64,000 nucleotides of DNA from Candidatus Hydrogenedentales bacterium (lineage in GTDB: Bacteria > Hydrogenedentota > Hydrogenedentia > Hydrogenedentales > JAEUWI01). A model generated the notes under the pieces. It made no database searches. It saw only the letters and a list, made by a program, of their open reading frames with translations, and was not told the DNA's origin. Shown in pieces: positions 10,601-21,743 of the stretch. Every line of letters starts with the position of its first letter. Within the stretch, counting starts at the first letter, position 1. The translations under genes and the position numbers were made by a program. The stretch covers positions 5,208,125 through 5,272,124 of the forward strand of contig OW818658.1 in NCBI GenBank assembly GCA_942492815.1, given 5' to 3'.

Positions 10601-11662
10601 TTATTCCCCAATCGTCTCCGCGATCAGCATATAGGCCGCAGCCCGTTGCGCGGGGGGGAAATCGTGCTCCGCTTCGGGGTAAGCGGCTTGCAACTTGTGC
10701 TCCGAATTGAAAAGTTCAAACACCGGCATCGCCGACTTCACACAATCTTGCACACCGGAAACTTCAAAGTTCTCGTCGCTGATTGGCGCATTGATGAACA
10801 CCGCGCGCGGCGCGATCACACCCAGAATCTCCGTGAAATCAAAGGGCATTTTCGCGGGGTCCTTGTCGAACTTCGTCACAATGGAGGGCATGTAGGTCTT
10901 GCTCGTCCAGCCCGTGATGTTGCCCTCATAGTACTTCGGAAAGCGCGTGAAGCCGCAGCTTGTCACCGCCACCTTGATCCGCGTATCGAAAGCGCTGACG
11001 AACAACGTGTTGTGGCCTCCCAGCGAATGGCCGATAGCCCCGATGCGTTCCGGGTCGACCTCGGGCAGGCTCTGGAGCAAGTCCACGCAACGCACGTGAT
11101 TCCAGATGCCCTTCATGGTCCCGCTCTCGTAACCCATGGCATAGACGTCGATCATATAATCTCCGAAGCCGGGATAATCCGGTGCGATGACCACATAACC
11201 GCGCTCCGCCAGCTCCTGGGCATAGTTCCGGTTCAATAGCCCGCTCTTCCCCACCGGCTCTTCTTTGCCCAGTTGATAGGTCTGGTGCAGCGCGAGGATC
11301 GCGGGTGCCTTGCCGGTGATATTCTTCGGAATCAGCAGGTAAGCCGGTGCGCGATCGCCGGGCTCCGACTGGAAAGTGATTTTCTTCCGCGTGTACATCG
11401 GAAACTCCATCTCCTCCAGCACCTGCACCGCGAGATCGCCCCGCTCGTGCGTGGGAAAGGGTCCCATCACCTTCTGCATGTTCTCCAACACATGGGCGCG
11501 GCGGATATTCCAGTCCGGGATAGCCTTCACGGGCTGCGCCGCACCGACCGCGTCGATGTACTGCATAATGTTGAGCTTGTCGGCGTAGAAGGGGGCGTCC
11601 TCCGTAAAGGCGGTACTGGCACCGCAGGAAAACAGAACGAAACACAACAACAGAAAACGCAT
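10601..11662 (-). CDS. Secreted alpha/beta hydrolase (esterase / dienelactone-hydrolase-like)
   Basis: Signal peptide MRFLLLCFVLFSCGASTA; nucleophile elbow GHSLGG; 353 aa. Confidence 0.8.
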   Translation of the reverse strand: MRFLLLCFVLFSCGASTAFTEDAPFYADKLNIMQYIDAVGAAQPVKAIPDWNIRRAHVLENMQKVMGPFPTHERGDLAVQVLEEMEFPMYTRKKITFQSEPGDRAPAYLLIPKNITGKAPAILALHQTYQLGKEEPVGKSGLLNRNYAQELAERGYVVIAPDYPGFGDYMIDVYAMGYESGTMKGIWNHVRCVDLLQSLPEVDPERIGAIGHSLGGHNTLFVSAFDTRIKVAVTSCGFTRFPKYYEGNITGWTSKTYMPSIVTKFDKDPAKMPFDFTEILGVIAPRAVFINAPISDENFEVSGVQDCVKSAMPVFELFNSEHKLQAAYPEAEHDFPPAQRAAAYMLIAETIGE

Positions 11663-11743
11663 GGGGAACTCCTTTGGAAATCAGCCTGAACCGTTAAGGC
11701 ATGATAGTGCGGGTCCATCGCCGATGCAACTGGCGCGTTTGCA

Positions 11744-11802
11744 GGACGGATAGGACCGATAGGACTGATTTTCTCAATCTGTCGTATCGGTCCAATCCGT
11801 CC
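11744..11802. promoter_or_regulatory. Array of 9-bp repeats GGACNGATA (3 direct + 2 inverted) upstream of the hydrolase gene
   Basis: GGACGGATA GGACCGATA GGACTGATT ... ATCGGTCC AATCCGTCC; 82-140 bp upstream of the hydrolase ATG; same architecture recurs at 15843-15906. Confidence 0.5.
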
Positions 11803-11909
11803 TATGATCTAAGCCATTTAACTTTCTATTGATAATAAGTTATCATAAGCAAGATGGCCGCACGCGCGGGAAAGCAGTCCCGCGCGCAACGCGGCCCCGG
11901 AACCCCACC

Positions 11910-12320
11910 ATGAACGCAAGCCCCGTCAAGGGACACATCGACAAGATTTCCATCGGCCTTTCCGCCCTGTGCGCGGTGCACTGCCTCGTGCTGCCTGTTG
12001 TCGCGGGTGTACTTCCCGCCCTGGCGGCGGTGACCGCCAGCCACTCCCATTTTCACGTGCTTATGCTCGTATTGGTGATTCCGCTGAGTGGACTCGCTCT
12101 CGGCGCGGGCTGGCTGCGCCACCGCGATCGGATCGTCCTGGCCCTCGGCGTCTGCGGCATGGGACTCATGGTCCTCGCGGTTACCCTGGGCCACGATGTG
12201 CTGGGCGATGGGGGCGAGCGCTGGGCCACCCTGGTCGGCTCCTTCTTTCTCGCGGCGGGGCATTTCCGAAATTTCCGCCGGTGCCACCCCGCGGACGGCT
12301 GTCACAAAGGCGCCTGTTAG
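11910..12320 (+). CDS. MerC-like membrane protein (mercury transport family), tentative
   Basis: ORF 11829..12320, ATG at 11910; GLSALCAVHCLVLP Cys pair in first TM and C-terminal RRCHPADGCHKGAC resemble MerC. Confidence 0.5.
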   Translation: MNASPVKGHIDKISIGLSALCAVHCLVLPVVAGVLPALAAVTASHSHFHVLMLVLVIPLSGLALGAGWLRHRDRIVLALGVCGMGLMVLAVTLGHDVLGDGGERWATLVGSFFLAAGHFRNFRRCHPADGCHKGAC

Positions 12321-12408
12321 GCCGACCGTCACCCCCGCGATTGCCTCCGACGCGCCAATATTGTACGCTGTGTTTCCCTTTTGGCCATTGGAAAGGAATA
12401 CAGCATCC

Positions 12409-13140
12409 ATGCTCCACAAATGTTTCATCGGAACCGACGCCGCCCAACTCGCCTTCTGGGACGTCCAGCACACCCGCACCGGCGCGGAGTCGATGGAACT
12501 TCCGGAGCTCGATGAGCTATGGAAGGCCGACGCCCTGGGCGGTCGCGTTTTCTTCATCAACACCGGATCGAACGGCGCCTGGGATGTGCATCTCTATGTG
12601 GACGAAGCCGTTCCCGATGATGTGCTCGTGAACTACAAGACCTTGAATCGCCGATTCTTGCTCCGCTGCCCCTCGGGTCGGCTCATCGCGGACGGGGCGG
12701 AATTCTATATGGCCAGCGCGGAGGAAACGCCCGGGTCGGAGGACGCCATCCAGGTTCCGGTGGGCGACTATGAGCTGCAACTGCACGAACTCTGTGCCGC
12801 TGACCTGGACGACCCCGCCTACCTTACTACTGTCGTAAGCAGGGACGACCTGGACTACTACCTGAGCAGGAACTCGGGATTCGGATGGGGCTGCGCGGGC
12901 CTGATCGCAGGCGCGATCATCGGCGCAATCACCCATTGGTACTGGGGCCTGTTCGTCGCGATGGGCGTGATCGTCTGGGGCGGTGTGAAACGCTGGCGGC
13001 ACCAGAACGATACCCGCTTCGCCGATATCGAATCGCGCCTCGACACGGATCGCAATCAGTACGCTTTCTTTATTTGCTCGCTGCGGCCCATTGGTGCAGA
13101 CTCCGTTCTTCGAGGCGGCTGGTATAATTTTTCGGGGTGA
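12409..13140 (+). CDS. Hypothetical protein with C-terminal transmembrane anchor
   Basis: Internal ATG at 12409 of ORF 12088..13140 (MLHKCFIGTDAAQLAFWD...); hydrophobic stretch GLIAGAIIGAITHWYWGLFVAMGVIVWGG. Confidence 0.45.
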   Translation: MLHKCFIGTDAAQLAFWDVQHTRTGAESMELPELDELWKADALGGRVFFINTGSNGAWDVHLYVDEAVPDDVLVNYKTLNRRFLLRCPSGRLIADGAEFYMASAEETPGSEDAIQVPVGDYELQLHELCAADLDDPAYLTTVVSRDDLDYYLSRNSGFGWGCAGLIAGAIIGAITHWYWGLFVAMGVIVWGGVKRWRHQNDTRFADIESRLDTDRNQYAFFICSLRPIGADSVLRGGWYNFSG

Positions 13141-13143
13141 CTC

Positions 13144-13466
13144 AGGGACAGCGTCGCCCCGTGATCGAAACGTGTAAGATGCGTTGCGCACCCGTTGTTT
13201 CCTCCAAGTCGAGGGAGGCTTGCTACAACCGGCGAGGCTGTCCTGTCGCCAAGGAGAGCAGCCCGCACGATCAACAGTAGCTCTGCACTGAGAAAGTAGC
13301 CTTCAGTAGAATACTTCGCGAAGATAGAGTCTATTACTAATGCACCGGGTCACGACGTCAGACAACAGGACAGCCCCGCCTGTTGACGTGCACTCCGCCT
13401 GGTTAAAGATCACTGGTTGACACGCAGCGTCATCGCGCATCCACATCACGGGGCGACGCTGTCCCT
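13144..13466. repeat. 21-bp perfect inverted repeat pair flanking ~281 bp; one arm encodes the last codons of the GH92 gene
   Basis: AGGGACAGCGTCGCCCCGTGA at 13144-13164 and reverse complement at 13446-13466 (reads HRDSVAP-stop on the minus strand). Confidence 0.7.
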
Positions 13467-15800
13467 ATGTGTCATCACAAAGCGCAACTCGCCCCCACCC
13501 GCGATTTCGTCGTGGGTGAAGTAGGTGCGATCGAGCACCTTTCCATTCAGCGAAACGCTATCAACGTATAAATTCTCCGGCGCGTAATTGTCGGCGATGA
13601 CGGTCAGGGTCTTCCCCTCGCCCATATCAACAACGGCCTTCGCAAACAGGGGCGCGCCGATCTCGTAGCGCGTGGTGCCCGCGATGGGATAAAAACCCAG
13701 CGCGCTGAAGACATACCACGCCGATAGCGTCCCGCCGTCGTCGTTGCCATCGAGGCCCGCGTAGTGGTCCGCATACTTCGTGTCTAGAATGTGGCGCACC
13801 CACTTCTGCGTGAGGTCGGGTCGGCCCACCGCATTGAAAAGGTAGGCCGCATGAAAGTAGGGCTCGTTGCCGTGCCAGTAGTGGGAGCCGGGATGCCAGT
13901 CGCCCAGGGTGTCATTGGACTTTTCAAAGTAGTCCTCCAGCTCCGCGACGAACTGCTCCTTGTTCGGAAACAGCGAGACAAGCCCTTCGCCGTCAAACGG
14001 CACGCCCCAGCGCCACATCATGGCGCTACCTTCCACAAAATCGTCCGTGAACTCGCGGCCCGAATCGGTGTAGCTCAGCACGAGCGGATCGAACTTGTCC
14101 GTGAAGGCACCCCCACTATCGCGCGGCACAAAGAACAGCCGCGTGGGGTCCCATACATTCCGATAGGACTGGGCGTGCTTCGCGAAGACCGACGCGTCGT
14201 GGGCCTTGCCCAAGTCCGCCGCGAGAAGCGAGAGGGCGTGGTCACACCAGGAATATTCCAGCGTCGCCGACACCGCATCCGACATGGTGTCCGAAGGACA
14301 GTAACCATGTTGGAGATAGCCCTCCAGCCCTTCGCGCCCGGCGAACTTGGACCATTCAGGCTTGCCCGTGAGAGCGGTCTGGCGCATCATGGCGTAGGCC
14401 GCTTCAATATCGAAATCACGCACGCCTTTCAGCCACGCCTCGGAGACCGCCACATCCGCCGGGGTGCCGAACATGCAATTGGTGTAGCCCGCGCCCGAGG
14501 GCCAGCGGGGCAGGCAACCGCCCGCCTTGCCCATCTCCACCAGCGAGATCATCATGTCTCGTTGCTCCTTTTGCGCGATCAGATTGTAGAGCGGGTGAAC
14601 GGTTCGGAAGGAGTCCCACAGGGAGAAATCGGTGTAGTAGGTGGTGCCTGGAGTCACCGTATGCACCGCACGGTCGAAGCCCGTGTACTCCCCGTTCACA
14701 TCATTGAAGGTGGTCGGCATTTGCATCGTGCGGTAGAGCGCGGTGGTAAAGATACGCCGCTGCGCCTCGCTCCCACCTTCGATCTGGATTCGAGAGAGAT
14801 GGCTCTCCCATTGATCGCGGGCCTGGGCATAGATTTCCTCGAAGGTTTTTCCCGCCACTTCCGCTTCCAGATTCTCCCGAGCGTTCCCGATACTCACATA
14901 CGAAATCGCGAGCCGCACCTCCACAATCTGGCTTTCCGGCGAGGGTGAAAAGGCGAGCGTGGCTCCGATGTAATCGCCGCTTATCGCAGCGCTGTTTGTG
15001 CTGAATTCGTTTCCGCTCCATGTGCCGTGGCTCGCGATGGGCTTGTCGAACTTCGCAACGAAGAACACATCGAGCCCGTCGTAGCGCCCTGAAAACGATC
15101 CATGGATGCGAATGCTTCCTTCCACTTCGCGCTGGTCGGGCCGGATAGTCACCGTCCCCTTCTCGCTCCGCTTGTCTCCGATGACACTGCTGACATCAAT
15201 AGCCAGATGGGGCATCGTTCCGCCGGGGAAAGTGTAGCGGTGTACCCCGACGCGCGGTGTTGCGGTTAGCTCAACAAGTATATTCTCCTCCTGAAGCCGA
15301 ACGGCATAGTAACCGGGAAAGGCTTTCTCCTCCGTGTGAGAAAAGATCGCATAGCGTTTCCCATTTGGCTCCTTGCTATCCAGCAATGCCGTAGAGGGAA
15401 AGATGCGGAACACGCCGCCTTCCTGCGCATCCGCCCCGAGCAGGCGCGTGTGGCTGAATCCAACAATCTTGTTGTCACCGTAGAAATAGCCCGAACGGTT
15501 GAAGGCCTCTTCATTGAGCAGCAGCGACGCCGTATCAGGCGCGAGGCGCACCATGCCGAAGGGAACGGTGGCGGCGGGGGAATCGTGGCCGCACATCCAC
15601 GAGTAGCCGCCCGTGGCGATGAAGGGATCTACGCTGGCCCCGAGCTTGCCGGGTTCGATTGCGGTTTCCAGCGCACCGGGCTTTGGGCTCACGATTGATC
15701 GGTAGGTGCCCCAGACGCCCAGCAAGGCCAGTACCGGAATGGTCAGGATCACCAGTGCCACGATCAGCATCCACTTGAGAATTCGCTTGAGTCTTTTCAT
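13446..15800 (-). CDS. Glycoside hydrolase family 92 (alpha-1,2-mannosidase-like), secreted/membrane-anchored
   Basis: 784 aa; N-terminal signal anchor; GH92-type motifs HGNEPYFHAAYLF and GNDDGGTLSAWYVFSALGFYP. Confidence 0.9.
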   Translation of the reverse strand: MKRLKRILKWMLIVALVILTIPVLALLGVWGTYRSIVSPKPGALETAIEPGKLGASVDPFIATGGYSWMCGHDSPAATVPFGMVRLAPDTASLLLNEEAFNRSGYFYGDNKIVGFSHTRLLGADAQEGGVFRIFPSTALLDSKEPNGKRYAIFSHTEEKAFPGYYAVRLQEENILVELTATPRVGVHRYTFPGGTMPHLAIDVSSVIGDKRSEKGTVTIRPDQREVEGSIRIHGSFSGRYDGLDVFFVAKFDKPIASHGTWSGNEFSTNSAAISGDYIGATLAFSPSPESQIVEVRLAISYVSIGNARENLEAEVAGKTFEEIYAQARDQWESHLSRIQIEGGSEAQRRIFTTALYRTMQMPTTFNDVNGEYTGFDRAVHTVTPGTTYYTDFSLWDSFRTVHPLYNLIAQKEQRDMMISLVEMGKAGGCLPRWPSGAGYTNCMFGTPADVAVSEAWLKGVRDFDIEAAYAMMRQTALTGKPEWSKFAGREGLEGYLQHGYCPSDTMSDAVSATLEYSWCDHALSLLAADLGKAHDASVFAKHAQSYRNVWDPTRLFFVPRDSGGAFTDKFDPLVLSYTDSGREFTDDFVEGSAMMWRWGVPFDGEGLVSLFPNKEQFVAELEDYFEKSNDTLGDWHPGSHYWHGNEPYFHAAYLFNAVGRPDLTQKWVRHILDTKYADHYAGLDGNDDGGTLSAWYVFSALGFYPIAGTTRYEIGAPLFAKAVVDMGEGKTLTVIADNYAPENLYVDSVSLNGKVLDRTYFTHDEIAGGGELRFVMTHRDSVAP

Positions 15801-15842
15801 GGGGCTCCCGTGGGGTTGATTGACAGCTCGCTATAGCTTACA

Positions 15843-15906
15843 GGACCGATAGGACGGATACGACCGATATTGGCGACGTAATCTGGCCTATCGGGCGAAT
15901 CCGTCT
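15843..15906. promoter_or_regulatory. Array of 9-bp repeats GGACNGATA (3 direct + 2 inverted) upstream of the GH92 gene
   Basis: GGACCGATA GGACGGATA CGACCGATA ... CTATCGGG ... AATCCGTCT; 43-106 bp upstream of the GH92 ATG. Confidence 0.5.
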
Positions 15907-15907
15907 T

Positions 15908-15943
15908 ACAAAATAAAAGAGCGCCGGGCATTCCCGGCGCTCT
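15908..15943 (-). terminator. Rho-independent terminator downstream of gyrA
   Basis: 10-bp stem AGAGCGCCGG/CCGGCGCTCT with a U-tract (TTTATTTTGT) following on the minus strand, about 30 nt after the gyrA stop. Confidence 0.7.
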
Positions 15944-15971
15944 GGTACTTCCATTGTGTTCGAGCAGGCGG

Positions 15972-18494
15972 CTATTCCTCGCCGCCCTCTTCGATCACGT
16001 CGTCGGGCGAGGAATCGTCCGCATCGCTGTCGCCATCCGCGCCGGCGGTGGCGTCATCATCGTTTTCTTCCGGCACAGCCTTGGCCACGGCACTCACCCG
16101 GGCGCCCTCCTGAGGCTTCATCACCGTCACGCCCTGCGTGTTGCGGCCGATGGTGCGGATGTCTTTCACCGAAGTGCGAATTACGATACCATCCGTGGCC
16201 ACCAACACCAGCTCGTCGTTGTCGTCCACGGTCATCATGCTGACCACGTTGCCGTTGCGCTCGGAAGTCTTGATGTTGATGATGCCGGAGCCGCCCCGGT
16301 GTTGCAGGCGATACTCGCCGACCTGGGTTCGCTTGCCGAAGCCGTGTTCGGTCACGCTGAGCACGGTGCGGTCATCCTGCGCGAGGGACATGCCCACCAC
16401 GTAGTCCTTCTCGTCGAGGCGAATGCCGATGACGCCCCGGGCCGTGCGGCCCATGGGACGCGCGTCGGTTTCGGGGAAGCGGATGGCCATGCCCTTGTAG
16501 GTGGCGATAAGCACGTTGTCGCTGCCGGAGGTAAGCTGCACGTCCATCAGCTCGTCGCCCTTGTCAATTTCGAGGGCGATGATACCGGTCGTGCGGGGAT
16601 TGCTATAGGCCTTCAGGGCGGTCTTCTTGACCGTACCCTTCTTGGTGACCATGAAGACGAACTTATCTTCTTCGTGCAGATCGCGCACCGGCAGGAAGGC
16701 CGTTACGGTCTCTTCACCGCCGAGACTGAGGAGATTCACCATGGCGCGACCGCGCGCGGTACGACTCATCTTCGGAAGTTCGTGCACCTTGCGCCAGTAG
16801 ACCCTGCCTAAGTTGGTGAAGAAGAGCATGTACTGGTGGGCCGACGCGATGAAGAGGTCTTTTACGAAATCCTCTTCCTTGGTGTCCATGCCGGACACGC
16901 CGCGGCCGCCGCGCTTCTGCTTGCGGTAGGTACTCACGGGGAGGCGCTTGATGTAGCCCTCGTTGGAAACCGTCACCACCATGTTCTCGTCGGCGATGAG
17001 ATCTTCGACGTTGAACTCGCCCTCTTCGTCGAGGATGTCCGTGCGCCGTTCGTCGCCATGCTTTTCCTTTACCGTAATGATTTCCTCGCGCACGACGGAC
17101 AGGATGTTTTTATGGCTGGAGAGGATCGTTGTCAGACGTTCGATTTCTTTGAGGAGTTCGGCATACTCGTTCTGGAGCTCTTCGCGTTCGAGACCGGTCA
17201 ACTGGCGTAAACGCATCGCCAGGATAGCGTTGGCCTGAATCAGCGTGAAGCCAAAGGCGGCCATGAGCTTGTCGCGGGCGTCGTCGCGATCCGCCGAAGC
17301 GCGGATGATCTTGATGATCTCGTCGATGTGGTCGATGGCCTTGAGCAGACCTTCGAGGATGTGGGCGCGGGCCTCCGCCTTGTCCAACAGGAAGCGGGTA
17401 CGGCGCTCGACGATTTCCGCGCGGTGCTCCACGTAGTAGTGGATCAGCTCGGCCAGATTCAGCACCTTGGGCTGGTTGTTCACCAGCGCCAGGAAAATAA
17501 TGCTCGCCGTCGCCTGCAATTGCGTGTGCTTGTAGAGTTGGTTCAACACCACTTCGGGCTCTTCACCCCGCCGCAGTTCGATCACCACGCGCATACCGTC
17601 CTTGTCGGACTCGTCGCGCAGATCGGTGATGCCTTCGACGGTCTTGCTGCGCACCAGGTCCGCGATCGACTCGATGAGCCGGAGCTTGTTCACCTGGTAG
17701 GGAATTTCCTGAATGATGATGCTCTGCTTGCCCTGGCCGCCGTCCTTCTTCGTCTCCACCGCCACGCGACCGCGCACTTTGAGGCGACCGCGTCCCGTGC
17801 GGTAGGCATCCTTGATGCCCTTGCGCCCGAGGATCACGCCGCCCGTGGGGAAGTCAGGCCCCGTGACGAATTGCATCAGATCGTTCGGTGTGGCCTTAGG
17901 GTTGTCGATGAAGTGGATGATGGCGTTGCACACTTCGGTAAGGTTATGGGGCGGGCAACTCGTCGCCATACCCACGGCGATACCGTAGGAACCGTTCACC
18001 AGCAGGTTCGGAAAAGCCGAGGGAAGAACCGTCGGCTCTTTCAGTCGCGTATCAAAGTTGTCCTGGTGATCCACCGTCTCTTTGTCGAGATCCGCCATCA
18101 TGTCGGCGGTGATGGATTCCATGCGCGCTTCGGTATACCGGTAGGCCGCCGCGTTGTCGCCGTCGATCGAGCCAAAGTTACCCTGGCTGTCCACCAGCGG
18201 GTAGCGCATGTTCCATTCCTGGGCCATGCGGACCAGCGCATCGTACACCGACGAGTCGCCGTGGGGGTGGTAGTTACCGAGGGTCTCACCGACGATGGAG
18301 GCGCATTTACGGAAGGCCCGGCCCTTGACCAGGCCCAGCTCCTGCATCACATAAAGGATGCGGCGGTGAACCGGCTTCAGCCCGTCGCGCACGTCCGGCA
18401 GCGCGCGGCTCACGATCACGCTCATGGAATACTCCATGAACGACTTCTGCATTTCGTGCTCGATGGTTATCGGCTTGATATCGTCTCTGGCCAT
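15972..18494 (-). CDS. gyrA: DNA gyrase subunit A
   Basis: 840 aa; canonical N-terminus with active-site Tyr region, acidic C-terminal tail. Confidence 0.97.
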   Translation of the reverse strand: MARDDIKPITIEHEMQKSFMEYSMSVIVSRALPDVRDGLKPVHRRILYVMQELGLVKGRAFRKCASIVGETLGNYHPHGDSSVYDALVRMAQEWNMRYPLVDSQGNFGSIDGDNAAAYRYTEARMESITADMMADLDKETVDHQDNFDTRLKEPTVLPSAFPNLLVNGSYGIAVGMATSCPPHNLTEVCNAIIHFIDNPKATPNDLMQFVTGPDFPTGGVILGRKGIKDAYRTGRGRLKVRGRVAVETKKDGGQGKQSIIIQEIPYQVNKLRLIESIADLVRSKTVEGITDLRDESDKDGMRVVIELRRGEEPEVVLNQLYKHTQLQATASIIFLALVNNQPKVLNLAELIHYYVEHRAEIVERRTRFLLDKAEARAHILEGLLKAIDHIDEIIKIIRASADRDDARDKLMAAFGFTLIQANAILAMRLRQLTGLEREELQNEYAELLKEIERLTTILSSHKNILSVVREEIITVKEKHGDERRTDILDEEGEFNVEDLIADENMVVTVSNEGYIKRLPVSTYRKQKRGGRGVSGMDTKEEDFVKDLFIASAHQYMLFFTNLGRVYWRKVHELPKMSRTARGRAMVNLLSLGGEETVTAFLPVRDLHEEDKFVFMVTKKGTVKKTALKAYSNPRTTGIIALEIDKGDELMDVQLTSGSDNVLIATYKGMAIRFPETDARPMGRTARGVIGIRLDEKDYVVGMSLAQDDRTVLSVTEHGFGKRTQVGEYRLQHRGGSGIINIKTSERNGNVVSMMTVDDNDELVLVATDGIVIRTSVKDIRTIGRNTQGVTVMKPQEGARVSAVAKAVPEENDDDATAGADGDSDADDSSPDDVIEEGGEE

Positions 18495-18584
18495 TATTCG
18501 TCCTTGCGGTCGCTTACTAAATCCGGCGAATTATCGCTGGTTATACTTCCATTCATCAGGGGCGCCTGAAGCACTTAGGCTGCG

Positions 18585-18989
18585 AGTTCGAAGCGGAGCT
18601 TCGGGTACTGCATTTCCAAGCGGAGCTCTTGACATTATCCATAAATTCTTTTGGATAGGAGACTATTTTATTAGTCCCGAAGGGACGGCATATCGTAGCC
18701 CAGGGTGGAGCGAGGCACGAGCGAAACCCTGGGTATTGTTGCAATAAGATCACTAGCCCCAGCGGGGCGGCATAGGAGAACGAGGGAAATCGTCCCCGGT
18801 CTTCTATGCCATCCCTTCGGGATTTAAGAGTGTTTGGGCCAGTTGACCCAGGGTTCCGCTCGTACCTCGCTTCACCCTGGGCTACGATATGCCGCCACTG
18901 CGTGGCTAATTGGACAACTTTATGTAAACCGTTTCAGTGTAATAGCTGTAAATTTATGGGTAATGACAAAAGCGAAGCCTGGGAACGAG
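18585..18989. repeat. Family-1 palindromic structured repeat element (~400 bp), copy A, in the gyrB-gyrA intergenic region
   Basis: Left module TAGTCCCGAAGGGACGGCA...GTAGCCCAGGGTGGAGCGAGGCACGAGCGAAACCCTGGG and its inverted counterpart on the right arm; related copies at 24621-25001, 27928-28258 and 28354-28689. Confidence 0.75.
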
Positions 18990-19010
18990 CGGGTTTCCAG
19001 TTCTCCTCGC

Positions 19011-21443
<2,433 letters not shown>

Positions 21444-21743
21444 TCATAGTGCCCCCGCGATAGACGGTGTTTGGAATACGCGTCATTATAGCAAAATTGG
21501 CCGGTCAAAACCAACTTAAGCGCAATATTCAGCGGGATTTAAGCCGGGTACACACCGCCCCTTGTGGCGGCCTTCCGCTTCCACGGGGCCGTGCCACAAG
21601 CCTGCTTGCCCGCACCCGAATTCCCCCGGCGGGATGGTGCGCGACTACCCTTCGTGATACCATGGATTCGACCCTGGAAGGATCTAATTCGCCATGCCAC
21701 GCGCTACAATACTCCCCTTCCCGCCGGGGAGGCCCAAACCATC

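Noticed and set aside
18424-18747. ORFs lying inside repeat elements (18424..18747, 24592..24786, 24834..25232, 27867..28082, 28309..28515) that share peptide segments such as SPEGTxYRSPGWSE
   Set aside because: The shared peptides are just translations of the conserved repeat DNA; no start/RBS context or protein-like composition
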